Below, piece by piece: positions 25,880-40,251 of a stretch of DNA of 64,000 bases (its first letter is position 1; each line of letters opens with the position of its first letter). Made by a program: the position numbers and the translations under genes. The DNA comes from Raillietiella orientalis (Eukaryota): assembly GCA_036172245.1 (NCBI GenBank), contig JAYWIR010000010.1, positions 3,224,001-3,288,000 of the forward strand, read 5' to 3'. Below the pieces are notes generated by a model. The model saw only the letters and a program-made list of their open reading frames with translations, was not told the origin of the DNA and searched no databases.

Positions 25880-26930
25880 CCAGGAGATGCATTCGCGATC
25901 CTGGCGCGCTTGTGCTGAGCACGGGAAGCACCATTCTCTTCGTACTTTCTGTCCGTATGCGGAAGATCATGAATTCCCTGGGCACTTCATCGTGTTTCGA
26001 GTCCCAGGGATCCTACCACCAATCCCTCTGGAGGAGAAAATGTGAGCGTTCGGCCTTTTTTTTGTTCGCCACGTTTTTTTCATACGGGCAACGGATGCTG
26101 AGTGTGATGACTCATCCCTTGGGACACTGGAATGTGAATTAACAAGAAGATGACCGTGGAGGAATGCGAGCGACTATCGAGTAGCGCGGTCATCCACGCA
26201 AGGCGAGTCCTCGCATACAAACGGAAATTAGAGGGAGGATAACCCACAGGACGCGCGAGCTTTGGCGCGACCAAGGCGCACTCACTGGTCCAGGGTGAAC
26301 CCCCAAACAAACAACGTAAAAATGGTGGGAAACGTCACACCGTCCGAAGCGATGGTAAAGATGAGAGGCAGACTAGGCAACGCCGCCCTCGACCCACAGG
26401 AGATCAGGACGGTCCTGTGGAGATCTTCGATGCCGCCGGGAATTCAGGATTGCATCCTGATGTTCTACCACGGAGGCATCCTGTGCGGCACGAGGCTTGA
26501 ACTGCAACAGCGGACAGTGTCCAGGGTGCGGGTCGATCGAACACGACCTGCACATCTACACTTGTCGAACCCTTGTCCGAGATTGGCGAGTGGTGAGGTG
26601 GGTGGTAGAGATGGACGACAACCCGACGCTGGACTCTTTGAAGTCGAAGACGGCGTTCCTCGCTACAACCCCACCTTGAGGGTAATCGTCGCCTTCTTCC
26701 TGAGGAGTGTCCTCACCAGAAGGACCAAACTGACCCATGGACACGTGTGCAACTCACGAGATATTTTATCAGGACTTCTGAAAAAGGAGACAAACATCCA
26801 AGCGTACGGGAGAGTTCCATCTTGGACCTTCCTGCATTGCCTCGGGATACTGAACTGTGCAGCCTGGACGGTGCAGTGTCGCACCCGCGCGGGCGGCAAT
26901 GGTGATTGGTTGCTTGGTGTAGTGTGAATG
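25880..26930 (+). mobile_element. L1/Tx1-like ORF2 3' end with zf-RVT (distinct family)
   Basis: VLWRSSMPPGIQDCILMFYHGGILCGTRL, then after a frameshift GQCPGCGSIEHDLHIYTCRTLVRDWRVVRW: the canonical zf-RVT layout W…P.K/I…H..L…RL…CxxC…H…C…W. Confidence 0.7.
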
Positions 26931-27229
26931 AATAAATTCACCCCAAAGCTTGTCGGATTGGGGAAAGAAGAGTGTGATGCTCGGCTTTTCGTTCTCGAAC
27001 ACTAGGCCTTCCTCTTTATTTCCTACACACCTCCTTGGGTAGCAGTTTCTACGATCCCGAATTTTCCTCTTTTACATTCTTCCCTCACCCTATTAGACTA
27101 ATCACAAAATTGCAACTGAAAATACAACTGATGGAAACTAGTCCCTTTCCCTCCTGATAAGTTTTGCTTCGTGCTTTTCTTGTCCATAGTCCATTCCGTA
27201 CTACTAGTCTATTAACATATGAGCGAAAT

Positions 27230-27700
27230 TCAACGGAGGTCAATTACATCGCGAGATGAACAGCTGAGGGCAAATTTCCAGCAATCGACGAGACACACAG
27301 AGGGCACCTTCCTTCCTTGCGCGTATAATGGGCAGCTCGAGAATTCAAAAGCAGGTCTGTCTCTCATGGGGTACGTCTGTGGGCGGAGAATATGTGAGGT
27401 GGACACTCTTGTAGGCGTTGCAGAAGTCTTTAAGACCTGATTCATGAGTACCCTTGGTCCACGTTCCTCAGGTCGAGCATCCGCACTGATGCAAAGGCGG
27501 TCGCATCAACTCTGAGGAAACCCATCTGGATGGATTAGCGGCGGGATGGAGCAACGAGTTAGAACCACACACTCCGAGCAAAATTTCTTGTGAGAGGGTT
27601 CGGAAATACATTGGAATTTTCCAATTGCGGAGGGGATTCCTTGTCACTGAATTGGCATCCATCTTCCTGATCAACCTAATCCTCGTCTTCCAGTAATAAC
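27230..27700 (-). mobile_element. Degenerate non-LTR ORF2 3' remnant
   Basis: Minus frames give RRGLG (~27680) and LLLNSRAAHYTRKEGRCPLC (~27350-27290). Confidence 0.4.
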
Positions 27701-30349
27701 TTGTAAAAATGCCATCACGGGGAGTAAGCGATGCTTAGGGGTACGCGCAGATTGAACACCGCTGTGTCTGCTTATGTGGCAGCATGCATTTTTGGGCAAC
27801 GTCCGAAGAGTGATCAAATACAAAAATTGCAGCTAACGATCATTCTTTTGCTGCTCAGCAAACAGACCGTGAACAGACTTGGGATCGTATCCGTTCGTAG
27901 ATAGGTTGCTCCTATGGAAGCACCGCAAATCTACTATACGCAAGATCTTTTTAGTCCTTGAGTTTCCTGTTTTGAGGTTTTGAATTCTTCCATGAGAGGG
28001 AAGGTTCAGTGTGCTACGATATCAGGGTGTTCCAGAATAAGAGACGATTCTGAATTTGCCATTTATCATACATTATCCGATACGAGCTCATTATTCACCT
28101 TCAGTTTACAGCAACGCTCCTGTCTTTCATTTGAACTTTGATCATTAACTTTATACATCTGATTCTTGAATTATTTTTGCCTACATGGAAAGCTCTCGAG
28201 AGAAATTTCCAAGTTTAATTGCCTTCTGTTTCCCTAAACGGGATGGTTCTACTAGTCTTTTCCGCTCTCAATGTATTTCACACGTAATGTATTTCTGATT
28301 TCACAAATTCTGAGAATTTCATTTGGATATGTCATGAGCTCCTTTGCATTGCTGCGCTGTGAAAGTATTTGGAAAATGTAATGGCGAAAAGCGTTTCAAG
28401 ATTCGCTTTATTTTTATCATTTAGATTTTGCTTCCTCCAAGTAGCATCAGAAGATCTCCTCTCGCCTCTGCCATCTTTCATTATTACTAATGGAGACCTA
28501 GGATTTTTTGTTTTTAAAAAAAATTGATCTCGTAGTGCTTGGATTTCGTCCCAACCACCCAGAAAGATTAATGCTTTGGATGATACTTCATGTGAACATA
28601 GTCAATCAAATGCACACAAGCTTATGTCAAGAAAGATATATGCTTAAAATCCCTGCAAAGATACTTTCTAGTGAAGTTCCGTAAGCAGACTCACTCACAA
28701 CACGTGCACATGCACACAAACAGGTGTATGTTTATAACATATGTTATTCTTATACATGCTTAAGAGTGGTATCTTTCTCAAGGAAACTGTGATCCAGAAA
28801 GTCCTTGAATTTTCCAACGTTGTTGTATTTTTGTTGCTGAAGTTTCTTCAACGTCTAAAGGGGGATAACGAATTTCATAAAAGCATTTTTCAATTCAGAC
28901 TTGTATGGTTTCGAATTGAAGGATCAGATTGACTGTCTGCAGCGATTTTGGTTCCTTTCCTCTGAAGAGATAGTGAAGATCGGCATCACGAGCACTGCCT
29001 ATGCCTGCGTCGTTGCACTTCTTGGAGACAATGATCAGAAGCGTATATCTATGATGAAGGAATCAGAATGATAATTACAATGTGGTTTTGACATTCCCAG
29101 GTGACCTCTGCGGAGGTCTAGCATATCGTTGCTGATGTGCAGATGGATATCTCCAGGCATGACGTAGATCTAGTCATTATAGTAAGGTCTTTTGCTTTTA
29201 TTTTTCTGACTTAACTGGCAACACTTTCCAGGAAGGAATTGTCCAGAGGCTGGTACTCTCATATTTCTTTCTTCTTTCAATCCTCAGAATGGAATTATAC
29301 GATTTTCGAATGCAGCAGTAAAACTAATGATTTTCAATTCCTCTATCTCTCAGACACGTCGAGATCAGCGAAACCCAGTCTTTTTCCGGGATAGTTCAGT
29401 CTATTTGTTCACAGGGACAGTGCAAAGAGACCACTTTTTCCAGTCTCCAGAAAAAGTGACCGAGTCACTCTAAGGTTTCTGGTCCTATGTAAGCTGCTGT
29501 ATCTCATGTTGAAGTTTTTCTTTTGCAGAAAAAAATGTCAAATTTTTGATGAAACCGTGGATGCAGATGGCACTTCTTTCAGTGTAGCTTTATTAACGAA
29601 TCGATTGTTTTAAAAACGCGTTTGTTCTTCTTTCTCAGAGAATACATCGGAATTGGATATACCACATATACCACTACACACACATATCTTCCATTCTTCA
29701 CCAGGCTTGTACAACACATCCTCTAAGGTTCTCTTTAAAGACGTGTGCTGAAGCAGAATAACTGTACCCTTCCTCTTTATTGGTTTGAACCGTTATTTTC
29801 CGTTCATCTGTTAATGATCCTGACGCACCTTTCTAACTTCGGCTCTGTAGTCCATGCTTGATGACTTTGGCGCACGAGTCCAAAAGCCTGCCCGCTCATT
29901 TGAACGGCGATCAAATGGAGCACTCAGAGGACGGATGCACTAGCCCGCGGCTGTATTAGTTCAAGCATTTCCTTGTCTACCATATTTTATAGAGTGCTGA
30001 CCTTAATATTCTGAGCTTAGGATACAGATAAGCAATTCAAAGAAGAATCGGCAAACATCCGCATCTGTTTCCTTTGAAGCAGCACTCACCATTTGGCCCC
30101 TTATGAACTGGCTCCATAAATAAATTCCTCATCACGTAATAAAAATGGAAGAGACTGGTTCGCTTCTCCATTTCTGCCCCCAACTGTTTATCAATCCTGT
30201 ATGGTTCAGACTATTTCTGGGTGGATTGCTAAGTCAAAAAAACGCTTCACCTCCAGATAAGAAAAGCCTCTTGATTAAACTATTCAGCTCTTACCGTGTA
30301 GAGCCAATGGATAATCCTACTTTGTAGGTATTTTGAAACCCATCCACTT

Positions 30350-31330
30350 CTGGGAGAAAGAGATCTTGTCCGAATGATTCGCTCTGCGCATCCTACTTGC
30401 AGAGGCCATTTACTAGAATGAAGTGGGCTCCATGCATACCTGTAAGAGGACAACTTTTGACAACCTGGTTCAACAAATCGACCGACCTTGTCGTTACCGA
30501 TATATGTATCCAATGTGCTCGGGACTGGAGCACGTTTCTTCGATGTCCTCAGGCGCTAATGGTTGGCCGACGAAGACGTGCGGAGAGTCCATCTGATAGC
30601 AGAAAATTTCAACATCTCCCTGTTCTCAGGTGCGGGCAACGGACAGAGGAATCTAGTCAGCGAGTTCTGCGCGGCGGAGCACGCGTGCAACGAGCCGGAC
30701 GAAGTATTCGGGATATAAGGTCCCACATATCACGTCTTCCACGGCAACCACCTGAGATCGCAGGTTGATCAAGGAGTCAGGATACGAACGAAGCTGTCTG
30801 ACCACTCCAAGATGGAACTCGAAGTGTGGGAAAGGTCCCCTCCTGAATGAGTTGCGTGTAGGGAACCGGCTAAGCCTCCTGGAAGCAGTGGAACAACGCC
30901 GCGAAATTCCTCGAGTATGAGATTTCGTCGTGAAGCAGATCAAGGGATGAACTCAAGTGCATGGTCCGAGAGTTCTGCAGAGGCTTCGTTGTGGACCTCC
31001 TCCCAGCCTGCTTCCTCGAGGGAGTCTGCAAGGATCGCTCATTCTTGCAAGCTCACCAGCATCAGCGGAAGTCGGACGTTCACCTCCTAGCCGAGCTCAT
31101 GGCTGGGACCAAGCGACAAGCCCGGAGATCATCCAGCCTGCTGGAAGGGCTGATGTCTGGCATCCTGCCAGGTCCAGTAGCATCAGGTTCCAGCACAGGT
31201 AAGCAGCACCGTATTCTCGCACTAGTCTTTCTTGTAAGCGAAGGTACCACCGTAACGCGAATTCTCTCAGCCATCGCTGCACGAAGACGCCCCAGAGATC
31301 GACGAGAAGCCATGGAAAAGCCGTAGAGGG
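30350..31330 (+). mobile_element. Degenerate non-LTR ORF2 3' remnant
   Basis: KWAPCIPVRG (resembles W…C.P…GGLG) and LLNELRVGNRL (pre-zf-RVT-like). Many frameshifts. Confidence 0.35.
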
Positions 31331-31549
31331 CCTTTCAAGACAATCGAGAGAATCTCCGCTGCCGGAAAGACCCAAGAGGTGTAAAGAACCACGGAAGGAC
31401 GGTGTGCCTCCGAAATTTTGCCAGTTTCGCGGCAGAGCTCATGTACTGGGAGGCATCAGCTGATCATTCGGTAATTCAGTTCTTACCCGCTTACGTTGGA
31501 ACAAACAAACAAACTAGAAGTCAGAGGGAGGAAAAAACCCTTAAGAGCG

Positions 31550-31980
31550 AGAAATGCCAAAAAGCAAGTTCTTTCGGGTTAACCACCGGCACGCAGGTCG
31601 GTTTTCAAAAAGTAGGGAATGGAGGGAGAGGAGAATAAATAAATGAAAAAAAGATGGGAGGGTGAGGACAGGGGTCTTTGGTTGAAGACGTTTCTTTCGT
31701 TCTACAAGCAGCTCTGGACGATGGTGATCTCCCTGATGACTTCTTTCTTCACCTTGAAGCTGTCCTCGTGAAGGAGGCTGCCACGTAAAGGCGACTGTCA
31801 TACTGATGACCTCTATTCGCCGCGAACCGGAATCCAGCAAATGGAGGACTGTCACTATAGCATGGATGCAACGGACTGTTTCTGTCACCCGCCGGAAGTT
31901 ACCCGCTGCCGAGAGTTTCAGAAGAACAGCGGAAGAACACTGGAGATGATAACTGATGAACTGACTATGTTGACCTGCCA
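31550..31980 (-). mobile_element. Non-LTR 3' end and UTR (family A), composite module copy 2
   Basis: ORF 31541..31981 (HSQFISYHLQCSS…CIHAIVTVLHLL); clear nucleotide homology to 15150-15570. Confidence 0.65.
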
Positions 31981-31989
31981 CCAGCCTCC

Positions 31990-32520
31990 CCCTTCGCCTC
32001 AGTGGTGTCCTCCGCTGTCGGGGTACATGGCACCTGTCTACAGGCGAAGTGGGAGATTTCCTGCGAGATCTCGGCCCGCAGGAAGCCTAGCGGTGGCTGG
32101 ACATCGCGTGAGCTGGCTGACGGGGCAACAGCAAGAACGGCCTCCAAAGGACTGGAACGTTGGGACGGACTCTTCTCCATTCAGCCCAAAGAGTCAGAAG
32201 TGCTCCCCGTGTTTATAGACAGGAAGCTGCTTTCCTCCAAGTGGCAGCAATCGGCGCTGCTAATATTGCACTGGGGTCTTCCGTGCAATGCGCGCCGTTA
32301 CCACTGGACGAGGGGAAACGTATCGCCGAGTGTGGCACGTGTGGAGAGAAGGAGACCTTACCCCACCTCATAGTGCAGTGCGTCGCCCTCCGGGACTTGT
32401 GGGAACGTTTCTCTACGTCCCCTTCCCGCCACGTGGGCGATCCCAGAGACTCTTTGAGGCCCCTCTTCGTGCGGGACGCCATGACGCCCGCAGCCGCATT
32501 CGCAGCACAGAGCTGCGAAT
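31990..32520 (+). mobile_element. L1/Tx1-like zf-RVT fragment (family B), composite module copy 2
   Basis: SSKWQQSALLILHWGLPCNARRYHW, then after a frameshift ECGTCGEKETLPHLIVQCVALRDLWERFS. Confidence 0.8.
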
Positions 32521-33499
32521 GCGGCTGCGGGCTCTACCCTGGTTGTCTCCATCTCCATCCGGGCTCACCGGGGAGTTTATCAAAATTTAAAAGGATTCAT
32601 ATATTGTGGTAGAGCACGTGGTCCTACTACATTTCGTCTATTCGTGAGCCTGCCGGATCGCCGGTGCACAGACCGGCGGGAGTCATCTCGACCACAGCGG
32701 AGAAGAAGGGGGAAAACGAAAAGAAAAAGAAAACAAAGAGTAAATTAAAATAAATAAAAATCTTTGGGAAGCTCGGGATCACCGTCCACTGGAGGGAGTC
32801 CACATTCTTTCCAGTGGACTCCCTCCTTGATCTGTCCTGTTAGCATCTACGCGGGTTCTCCTGGCTGCTGCTATCCTCAGAAAGCGAACTGCGAACTGGA
32901 CAGCGTCCCTTCCGTTCCATCCCCTGTCGGCTTCGCTCCAGGCCTCCATGATCTCGCGCCCAGAGCGCTGCTGGGGCTGCGGCTGGCTGCAGGGCGTTCC
33001 GCACAAAGAGAATCCATTCCCTGAGGGACTGAGGAACCGAGATCCGGAGGGTCGTTCCGAAACGTTCCTACAAAGACCAGAGGACATCACAGACCGAGCA
33101 GGTGCGGGAGGGATTCCCTTTCCCCGCATCTGAGACACTCCACTCACCCTCTCCACCCTCTGGTTGTCTGCGGAGGAAACCACGAACGGAACTCTTCCTT
33201 ATTGAGATATCCCCAGGAGGGGGTCACTACTAGAATTTCTTCTACGAAGGAAACGGAACCCGCTAGGGAAGCTCTCCTTGTTTCCTCTTCTGAAGAGAGC
33301 CCTGAAGGAACGCTTACCACTTTCTCTGAGGGGCGCTCCCGAAGGGAGCAGCGCTCTTCCTACCCTCTGCAGAGGGAATCCCCTGAAAGTGTATCATCCA
33401 GCTCCATGGAACGCTTTATGAGATGGCTCCCTTTTCACAAACAGAGGGTGACCCAGAAAGGAACCCTCGCTCCATGATGTTCCGGAAGGACCCTGGAAG

Positions 33500-33720
33500 A
33501 TCGACTACCGATTCCGGCCAGTCAGCGAAAGCACGCGAGGTTTTCTGGCTCCCTCCAGTGCCCCACCCGAAGCCTATCGGCCATCCAGAGTCACCTTGTG
33601 GGAGGGAATCTAAGCCCATGACACGCTCGTTTCCCGGTGTCGATTCTTCACGTGGGGATTCTAACCTTTGGGACCACGCGCAAAGATCACAGCTACAAGA
33701 CTGCCAATGTAGGTCAAAAG
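33500..33720 (-). mobile_element. Possible non-LTR ORF1 remnant (region leading into a zinc knuckle)
   Basis: Across frames: RIDTGKR…KVTLDGR…EPENLACFR, resembling the Tx1-type ORF1 pattern TG.R…G.P..CF.C. Confidence 0.3.
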
Positions 33721-34626
33721 TAAGGGAAAAGAGAAATGAAAAAAAAAAAAAAACGTGAAGTGGTCACATCAAGGCATATCACAGGGCTCCCTGGAGTCCT
33801 CCATCTGCTGAGAGATGTGGCATCCTCAAATTGGAGATCACCAGGCCGTATCTGTCCGTCGTCATCATCGTGGCTTTTCGCCGCCACGACGTCGCGTCAG
33901 CAGCACAGAGCCGCGATCGACGCCGTAGGCAACATTCCGCCGGGGTCGAGGAGGCCTCTCAGCACGCTTCGCGCGTTGTCTCTCGGTGATTCCAGGGACG
34001 CCGCCAAACTCTTCCGGACGCTCCGGAAGGCAGCACACTCGAAAAGCGGACGCCACAAGGGTTCCTTTTCAGCAAACCTAGCCCCGTCCTAGCGTTTCCC
34101 TGGTCCGTTGGTGGAAGCATGCGTTGTAAGGCACGGTCCGATGCAGACGTCGCAACGCCGAGTCCTGTTCCTTCCGGGGAGGCACGGAGCTGTCCAAAAA
34201 CATCGCGGAGATCTCCATTTCGTTCAAGGGGCTTTGGAGGAGATGCTTTCGGTGGAGAATTCCTTCGGGGTGGAACAACCCAAAAGTTTCTTGCTTCCTG
34301 CTGTTTCGCTGGACACCTGCCGATTCACCGTTCGGTCACTGTCTTAGTTGTCCCGTAGTGCCACAGCAAGTGCCGTTGTTGGAGCGCACGCGATTTTCCT
34401 GAAGGCCTTCCCAAACCTTTTTGAACGAGCAGAGAGCGTGAGCGATGGAAAGCCGCAGACACCTCTCTTTCTCCGAGTTCGTGCCGTCGGTTTTCGCCCA
34501 CGTCCGAAATGTTTCCTGTTTTCAGGAACCCTGTGTTCGTGGGCGAGCGGGAGATCCAGTCTGTATCCGAAAACTTGACTGACACTTAATAAGTTATGAA
34601 ATAATATAGAAGAAGAAATGAAAGAA

Positions 34627-34722
34627 TGGAGAACAGAAAGAACGCCGTACCTTAGAGAAATAATGGATTCTCTTTCGCATTCTTCACCAGCTGAAAAAGT
34701 GATATTCATGAAAGGAGCGCAG
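34627..34722 (+). pseudogene. Phage terminase large subunit (GpA, WO-like) fragment, copy 2
   Basis: Identical to 10609-10704. Confidence 0.8.
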
Positions 34723-34785
34723 TTGTTCCTTTATCTCAGTTAACTTTCGCTCTAGCTCATCATACTTGGCATCAGTGATTTCAGG
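34723..34785 (-). pseudogene. ligA: Bacterial NAD-dependent DNA ligase N-terminal fragment, copy 2
   Basis: Identical to 10705-10767. Confidence 0.7.
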
Positions 34786-35899
34786 TATTAGTAAAGTTAA
34801 TTCCAGAATTCTCTAACCTGGCGCAGGACATATTAAAATACGTCCTGCGCCAAGGTGATGCCTGCCGAAGATCAGGGTGGTTTCCGGTGGCTCGAGTTCA
34901 AGAAGGAAGGAAGTCCTTCTGAGGCATTTGCTCGTTCGGCAAGGGTGCGCTCTGGCACGCACTAATGTGTGGTCCAGCATTTTCCTGTCAGTGTCGGTCT
35001 TCTCAACTGCAGCTGGCGTTCCATCTTCTCCAGCGTTCAGGAGGCTAAGATCACCGTCCCGATGGGTAGCGCACAAGTCCTTCAAGCGAACCTAAGGTCT
35101 CTGCGTCCTCCAAATGGCATTCCGCAGAAGGTACTCGGTCCGCTTTTTCGCCCGACTGGGAGGGAGGAAAACAAAAGCAGGAGCGGAGGATGAGAAAACG
35201 AACGTGTTTTCTATGAAGGCCCGTTCGGCAAGGGGAACTTGCCATCCAGGAACGTGCTGAGCGTCGGTTGTGCCTTCTGAAGACAGCTGGACCACGTCTT
35301 CTCTGTAGGGAACTTCCCCAACGGTGCGGCTTGCCGGTGCCTTGAAACATGAGGCAGGATCTGCTTGAGCTTAGTGCTCTTCAGCACCCACTTCCAGCTG
35401 ATGCTGAAGGCTCACAGGCAGAGTCCGGACGTCTCGCCGAGCTTGCGCCTGGCATGCCGGGCTGGGAGATTCGGTCATCCGCTGCTGTTGTCCAGCCCGG
35501 TGGCATCACACGAGTTATGTTCGAGTTATCCTATGGTGAGCGAGCACGTGAGTCAAAGGAGCAAGTCTGGCGTGGTCATGGTTAGTTGGTGCTTGCATGG
35601 ACTGGACTTGTGGAGCGGATCCGCTCGGGGATCCCCACGATTGGAAACTTTAAGTACCACGGAGTAGGGATGCTTGTGCTTAGCAGAAGCCTGACCCTGC
35701 TGTTTTCGAAAGGCAGAAGAGGGCAGCTTGGATCACTCCAGGGTAGCAAATTTTCCTTTGCCTGATCAGGTTTAAAACGCGTTCGTAGTTCTCTTGCGTT
35801 CCGATTGTCTTCTTGCTTGTCTCTCTCTCAGAGATGTGAAAAAGAGGACCGAGGACCTCCTACCGAAAGCTTGTGAAGCCCAGGGGAGGAAGGGGGAAA

Positions 35900-36530
35900 A
35901 AGTTCCACGTCCCACTCAAAGACTAACTAGCTATTCATCGGGATGAGAACTTGGCCTCCTGAGGCTGAAGTGGGTGGAATGGTAACTCTGATTAAGAAAA
36001 CTCACCCTGTCGACCAAGTATTGGACACCCTGATGCGTCACTGCACGCCTCCTCAGCAAGCAAGCGTTCAGTTCAGGGACCCTCAACAGTTACACCCGCG
36101 GAGGCTTGACCCAGTGAGGATGTTGGCGCCGGCAGATGGCCGCCTTAGTGAAGGAAAAGGCCTGGATCTCCTACCTGCCCACGCATTGTGGTGCTTGGAT
36201 TCAAGAAAACTGTGGGAGGGAACGAACGAGATGAGCTCGGGTGCCTGCGAACACTCGCTCCTTGTTGCGGACCCAGGTGCTCTTTCGCAGCGCTGTCTTT
36301 CCTATGGGAGAACGACAGTAGCCATAAGGCAAGAGGGAAATAAGCCACCTACGGAATCGTAGGAAAAGGAAAACTACAGGGTGGACGGATACCACGAGTC
36401 TACTTTTCTGCACAGCCAGGGTGCAGACCTTATCCGGAGGACTTTGTCGATGGGCAGATCGTCCAGGAATCCTCCTGGAAGCCCTCGATATCCGGGCGTT
36501 TTGTTGAGGGCGTCAGGAAATTAACTGTCT
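35900..36530 (+). mobile_element. Possible non-LTR ORF1-like remnant
   Basis: LNSYTRG motif shared with the ~21765 fragment; GC-rich. Weak. Confidence 0.25.
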
Positions 36531-36799
36531 CATCTTCTCTCCCACTTGAAAGGAAACCTTAATTTAGCTTTTATTTTTTTTTTAAAAGATACTAGCATTT
36601 AGTGGACTTTCTGGGAGACCTCCTGGTTAGCAGAGACTTCTCCTGGACACTTGATGAAACATCCATATAAAATCGAACATCCATACAAAAAGACTTCATC
36701 CTCAAGTGGAATTCAGAGTCTCACTATGCATATGTGATTTTTTTTTGTATGGACGTTTGATTGCGAATAACATTTTACAATGAACCCAGCAGCGTCACC

Positions 36800-37680
36800 G
36801 GGTGCAAATAGGAGGATAGCAGGAACAAGATGAAACAGCTCTGTTCTGGGATTCGAATGTGAAAAATCTGGAAGTCCAGCCTCAAGACTCGCTGAATGGT
36901 GAAAACTGATGCGTGCTGTGCTGTCCTGTTACTCGTGAATCGGTTCGTGCACGTTTGAACGTGTGTCTTCCAGGATCGATTCGAGACAAGGACCAATCAG
37001 CACGATTCCTGGAGTCTCCTCTTTTTCTGTGGAGATCTCCGTGTCGTATCCCTCACATGTACACAGCTATACTGGTGTTGAATATGTGTGAGGCCCTTCG
37101 GCATGTAAAACCTTCAGTATTGTAGTTTTTTTCCTCCCTTCGTTCTGTTGGGTGATGAGCAGCTTCCGTCTCAGAGCTCCTATGATGCAAGCTTCGCAAC
37201 GGAAACTGTTCACAAGCCTTGAGAGTGTTCTCGGAGCTGCGGGATGGAACCTTTGTCCATGGATTCGTGAGGAGTGCATCAGCGCGTCCTTTACTGGAAC
37301 TTGGCAGCAATCGCATGTGCTCTGGAGAACATCATACCGACTGGAAAGAAAGCCATCATTCTTCGAATCATGCTGAACCCGACACTCGTCCGCACACAAT
37401 TCATCCTCCCAAGAACATTTAACTTGGCATTTTGAGCGACCTCCATGGAATCTGAAGATTCCTCGTCCCTTAGAGTGGATCGAACGAGATTTAACATCCC
37501 GAACGATCGAAAAAGTTGGTTCTCTGATAAAACTTTGGGTTTTGCTCCGGTTTCCGTAGTGGTGCTGAATGCTCCCCACTCTTTAACTGGGGAACGTTTA
37601 TTTCTTCTGGAACCACAGGGTGGTCAAGAAGACAATTTTAGTAACACTGTGGTCAAGCCGCTTCATATTACTGAAAAATA
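36800..37680 (-). mobile_element. Degenerate non-LTR RT / post-RT remnant
   Basis: AKLNVLGRMNCVRTSVGFSMI matches the L1-type post-RT motif LS..GR..L.K…S. Upstream FSTTTETGAK and GIFRF are consistent with the end of RT. Confidence 0.45.
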
Positions 37681-40251
37681 GGGGAATCAGTGGAACAATG
37701 TCCAGAGTGATTCACTTTGTTTCCTGAGCTGAGAATTCTTCTCTTCTCTTGACTTGAAGATGCAAGATACCCGGATCTTGAATACGGACGCATTGTCCAT
37801 TGAAATCCATTTTTGTGCTGATGCTGATTAACTTCTTGCCAGCCTCCTGATCTTGGCTGGTAAAGCAGAGTTATTCGTCGTCTTAGAAATGGCTAGGAAA
37901 CCGATCTACCAGAACTTTGGATTCAAGATGTGGAATGTGCATTATTGGAACTACAAAAATCCTGGCACGCATGCAAGAACCCAATTTTCATGAAGAAATC
38001 ATATCCAGTAGTAACTCACATAGAACATATTCGGGATAAGGATCTCTCTGAAGGAGTTAATTAATGGAAATCGAGCTTTGAGCTTGATGGATTATCTTGC
38101 TTACGTTTAATGCATCACATGAGATTCATTAAACGGAAGCTTACTGATACCTTAGGCAATAAAATTCTACAGGAAAACCGAAAACTGTAGTTTCACATGC
38201 TTTGGCTGTTTCATCAGAATATTGTTTTGTGCCCCAGATAGCTATCTCTTCATTACCCTTTTTTAGCTGATGGTTCCTATTAGAAGAAAATAAAGATAAA
38301 TGAATAAATAAAGGAATGAGATTTTCATATACTCCGTGCATTATGACTACGATTTGATACAAATGTACTCATAAATATCGTGCTTCCTTGCAGCTCGGAG
38401 CGAGTTTCTTCCTGTTCACTGATGAGATTGCACTGGCAAGCCGGGATGCATGTGCGTGCATGTTGTTTCCGGAGCAACGTCCCTGGGCACGGAGGGAAAC
38501 TTTAGTTAAACCACGGGATTTCTCGATTTCTTTCTCCAGCAGTTCTTCCCATCCACGCGCCTTATCTACTTCCATCATCTTCAGCGAAGTTGCTCCAGAT
38601 GTTTTCATCCGATGGGCTGAAAGATAAAAACTGCTCCCGGATTGCAGTCCAGCACTTTTTGACCGATGCAGCGGCAAAAGGTTATTTTTCAAATTTGTTT
38701 TGAAAGTGATGCGCTGATTTTTGTCCGTTATTTTATGCGGCTCGACTTGAAGAGGTTTTTTTTTGTTTTTTTTTTCTCTCTGCTACTTTGAAGGTGTTTC
38801 ACAGGGGTGGAGTTTTCCCTTGCTTTGTGACCACTTGATTTCTTTCCGGAGAAATCAGGAAGAAATTTCTTTCTCGAACTCTTTCTTCGGGAGGAAACCA
38901 AATGGTCGCAGAGTTCAAGATTTACTGTTATCGGCTGCTGGGAGAGAGCGGATTTTCAGGGAAGTTCGCACCGTTCGTTGGTCTGATTCGCTCGACGAAC
39001 ACATCCAAGGTCGTCGACTTGACATCTTCCGATATCATTGATCCAGTCGGACATTTCCGCTCTCCTGGTGCTCCCTTGTTGAAGTTGTAAAATGCTCCCT
39101 GCTGCCGATAAGAAAGTGATTTCTCAAGAAATTGCATTTTTCCCTTCGTGTTTTTCAAAAGGGATTCTTTTATAACCCATGTTCATTTCTTTATTAATGA
39201 CTTTCTAGAAATCTCCATAGGTTCTCCTTCGGAGGATTTTGAGTTGCCACCGCTCTAAAAGATCATCGAAGTTTCCGATTTAGACCTGCGCAGTGTATGG
39301 AGGGAATGGACCATTTTCTCGCAGTAGTAGCTATCAACTCTGAAAGTGCATGCTTTTACAAGTGCCGAAGAATGAAACTTGCTCTCTGAACAGTAGTATA
39401 CCAGCGAATACAACGACTTCTTTTTAATAGATCATCATGTTAATTAACAACACTTATCTATCCACTAGGATACTTATAGAAATAGTTCAATTATACCGTT
39501 GATTGGATTGCTCGTTTTGCTGGAAAATCCACGAGCAAGGAAACGCCTCAACAGCGGGAGATTCTGTTTCGCTTTCAACCAAGAGTTCAACCCTTGACTT
39601 GAATGGAGGAGTTGTTTTTGCCTTCCCAGAGACCCTAGTTGAGGGAGACCCTAGTTGATTTATTTGCAAGGCTCCTTCCGTGAAGATTCGCAAACTATTC
39701 CTTCTAAAACAGTTAACGTTTATTAGATTTTCTTCTGCAAAGCATACCCTCCTAGGTTCCAACTTTCCTTTACACCAGTAAGGAAATTATCGCAAGCAGT
39801 TAGTTAACTAAAGTGCAGTGAACGCTAATCAATCCACAAAACAAGATCATGTTCCATTCGGAGCCGAAATTTGGTGATTATGATAAAGTGCTTTTCGGCT
39901 CAACTTTTTTCGAACATTCATCGAAAACTTCTGCAGCTTGTCTTCATGGTTCATCTTCAGAAATAATGGTTCGATTGAATGGGAACATCCGTTCGCATCT
40001 TTGGGACTCTTCCGAATACAGTGGATGATCTTTCGGTAGAAACCCGCTTCCATGAAGGGTATGGATCTTTAGAAAGCAGGAATCCGCAGTTTCATGAACA
40101 TGTGGTTTTTCAGATGTTTTCTAAATTCAGCATGAGGAGTAATTTGAGCTACGGTTTTTCGAAAAAATAAGTTTCTTTCCAACGTCTCTTCCTGTTGACG
40201 ATAGAACAAAGCATCGCTTCTTAAGTTTTTCGCATCTTCAGATGCGAAAAC

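Larger units (their letters stand above)
33821..34961. repeat. ~1.14 kb near-identical duplication, copy 2 of 9803-10943
   Basis: Direct sequence identity at offset 24018. Confidence 0.97.
33760..35600 (-). mobile_element. Degenerate L1/Tx1-like ORF2 (RT end to zf-RVT) carrying the second copy of the bacterial insert
   Basis: Minus frames near 35490-35410 give TAADD (decayed YADD) and KLGETSGLCL (F…SGL.LN-like), then QVPLAERAFIENTFVFS. The 3' part matches the 9803-10943 duplicate. Confidence 0.65.
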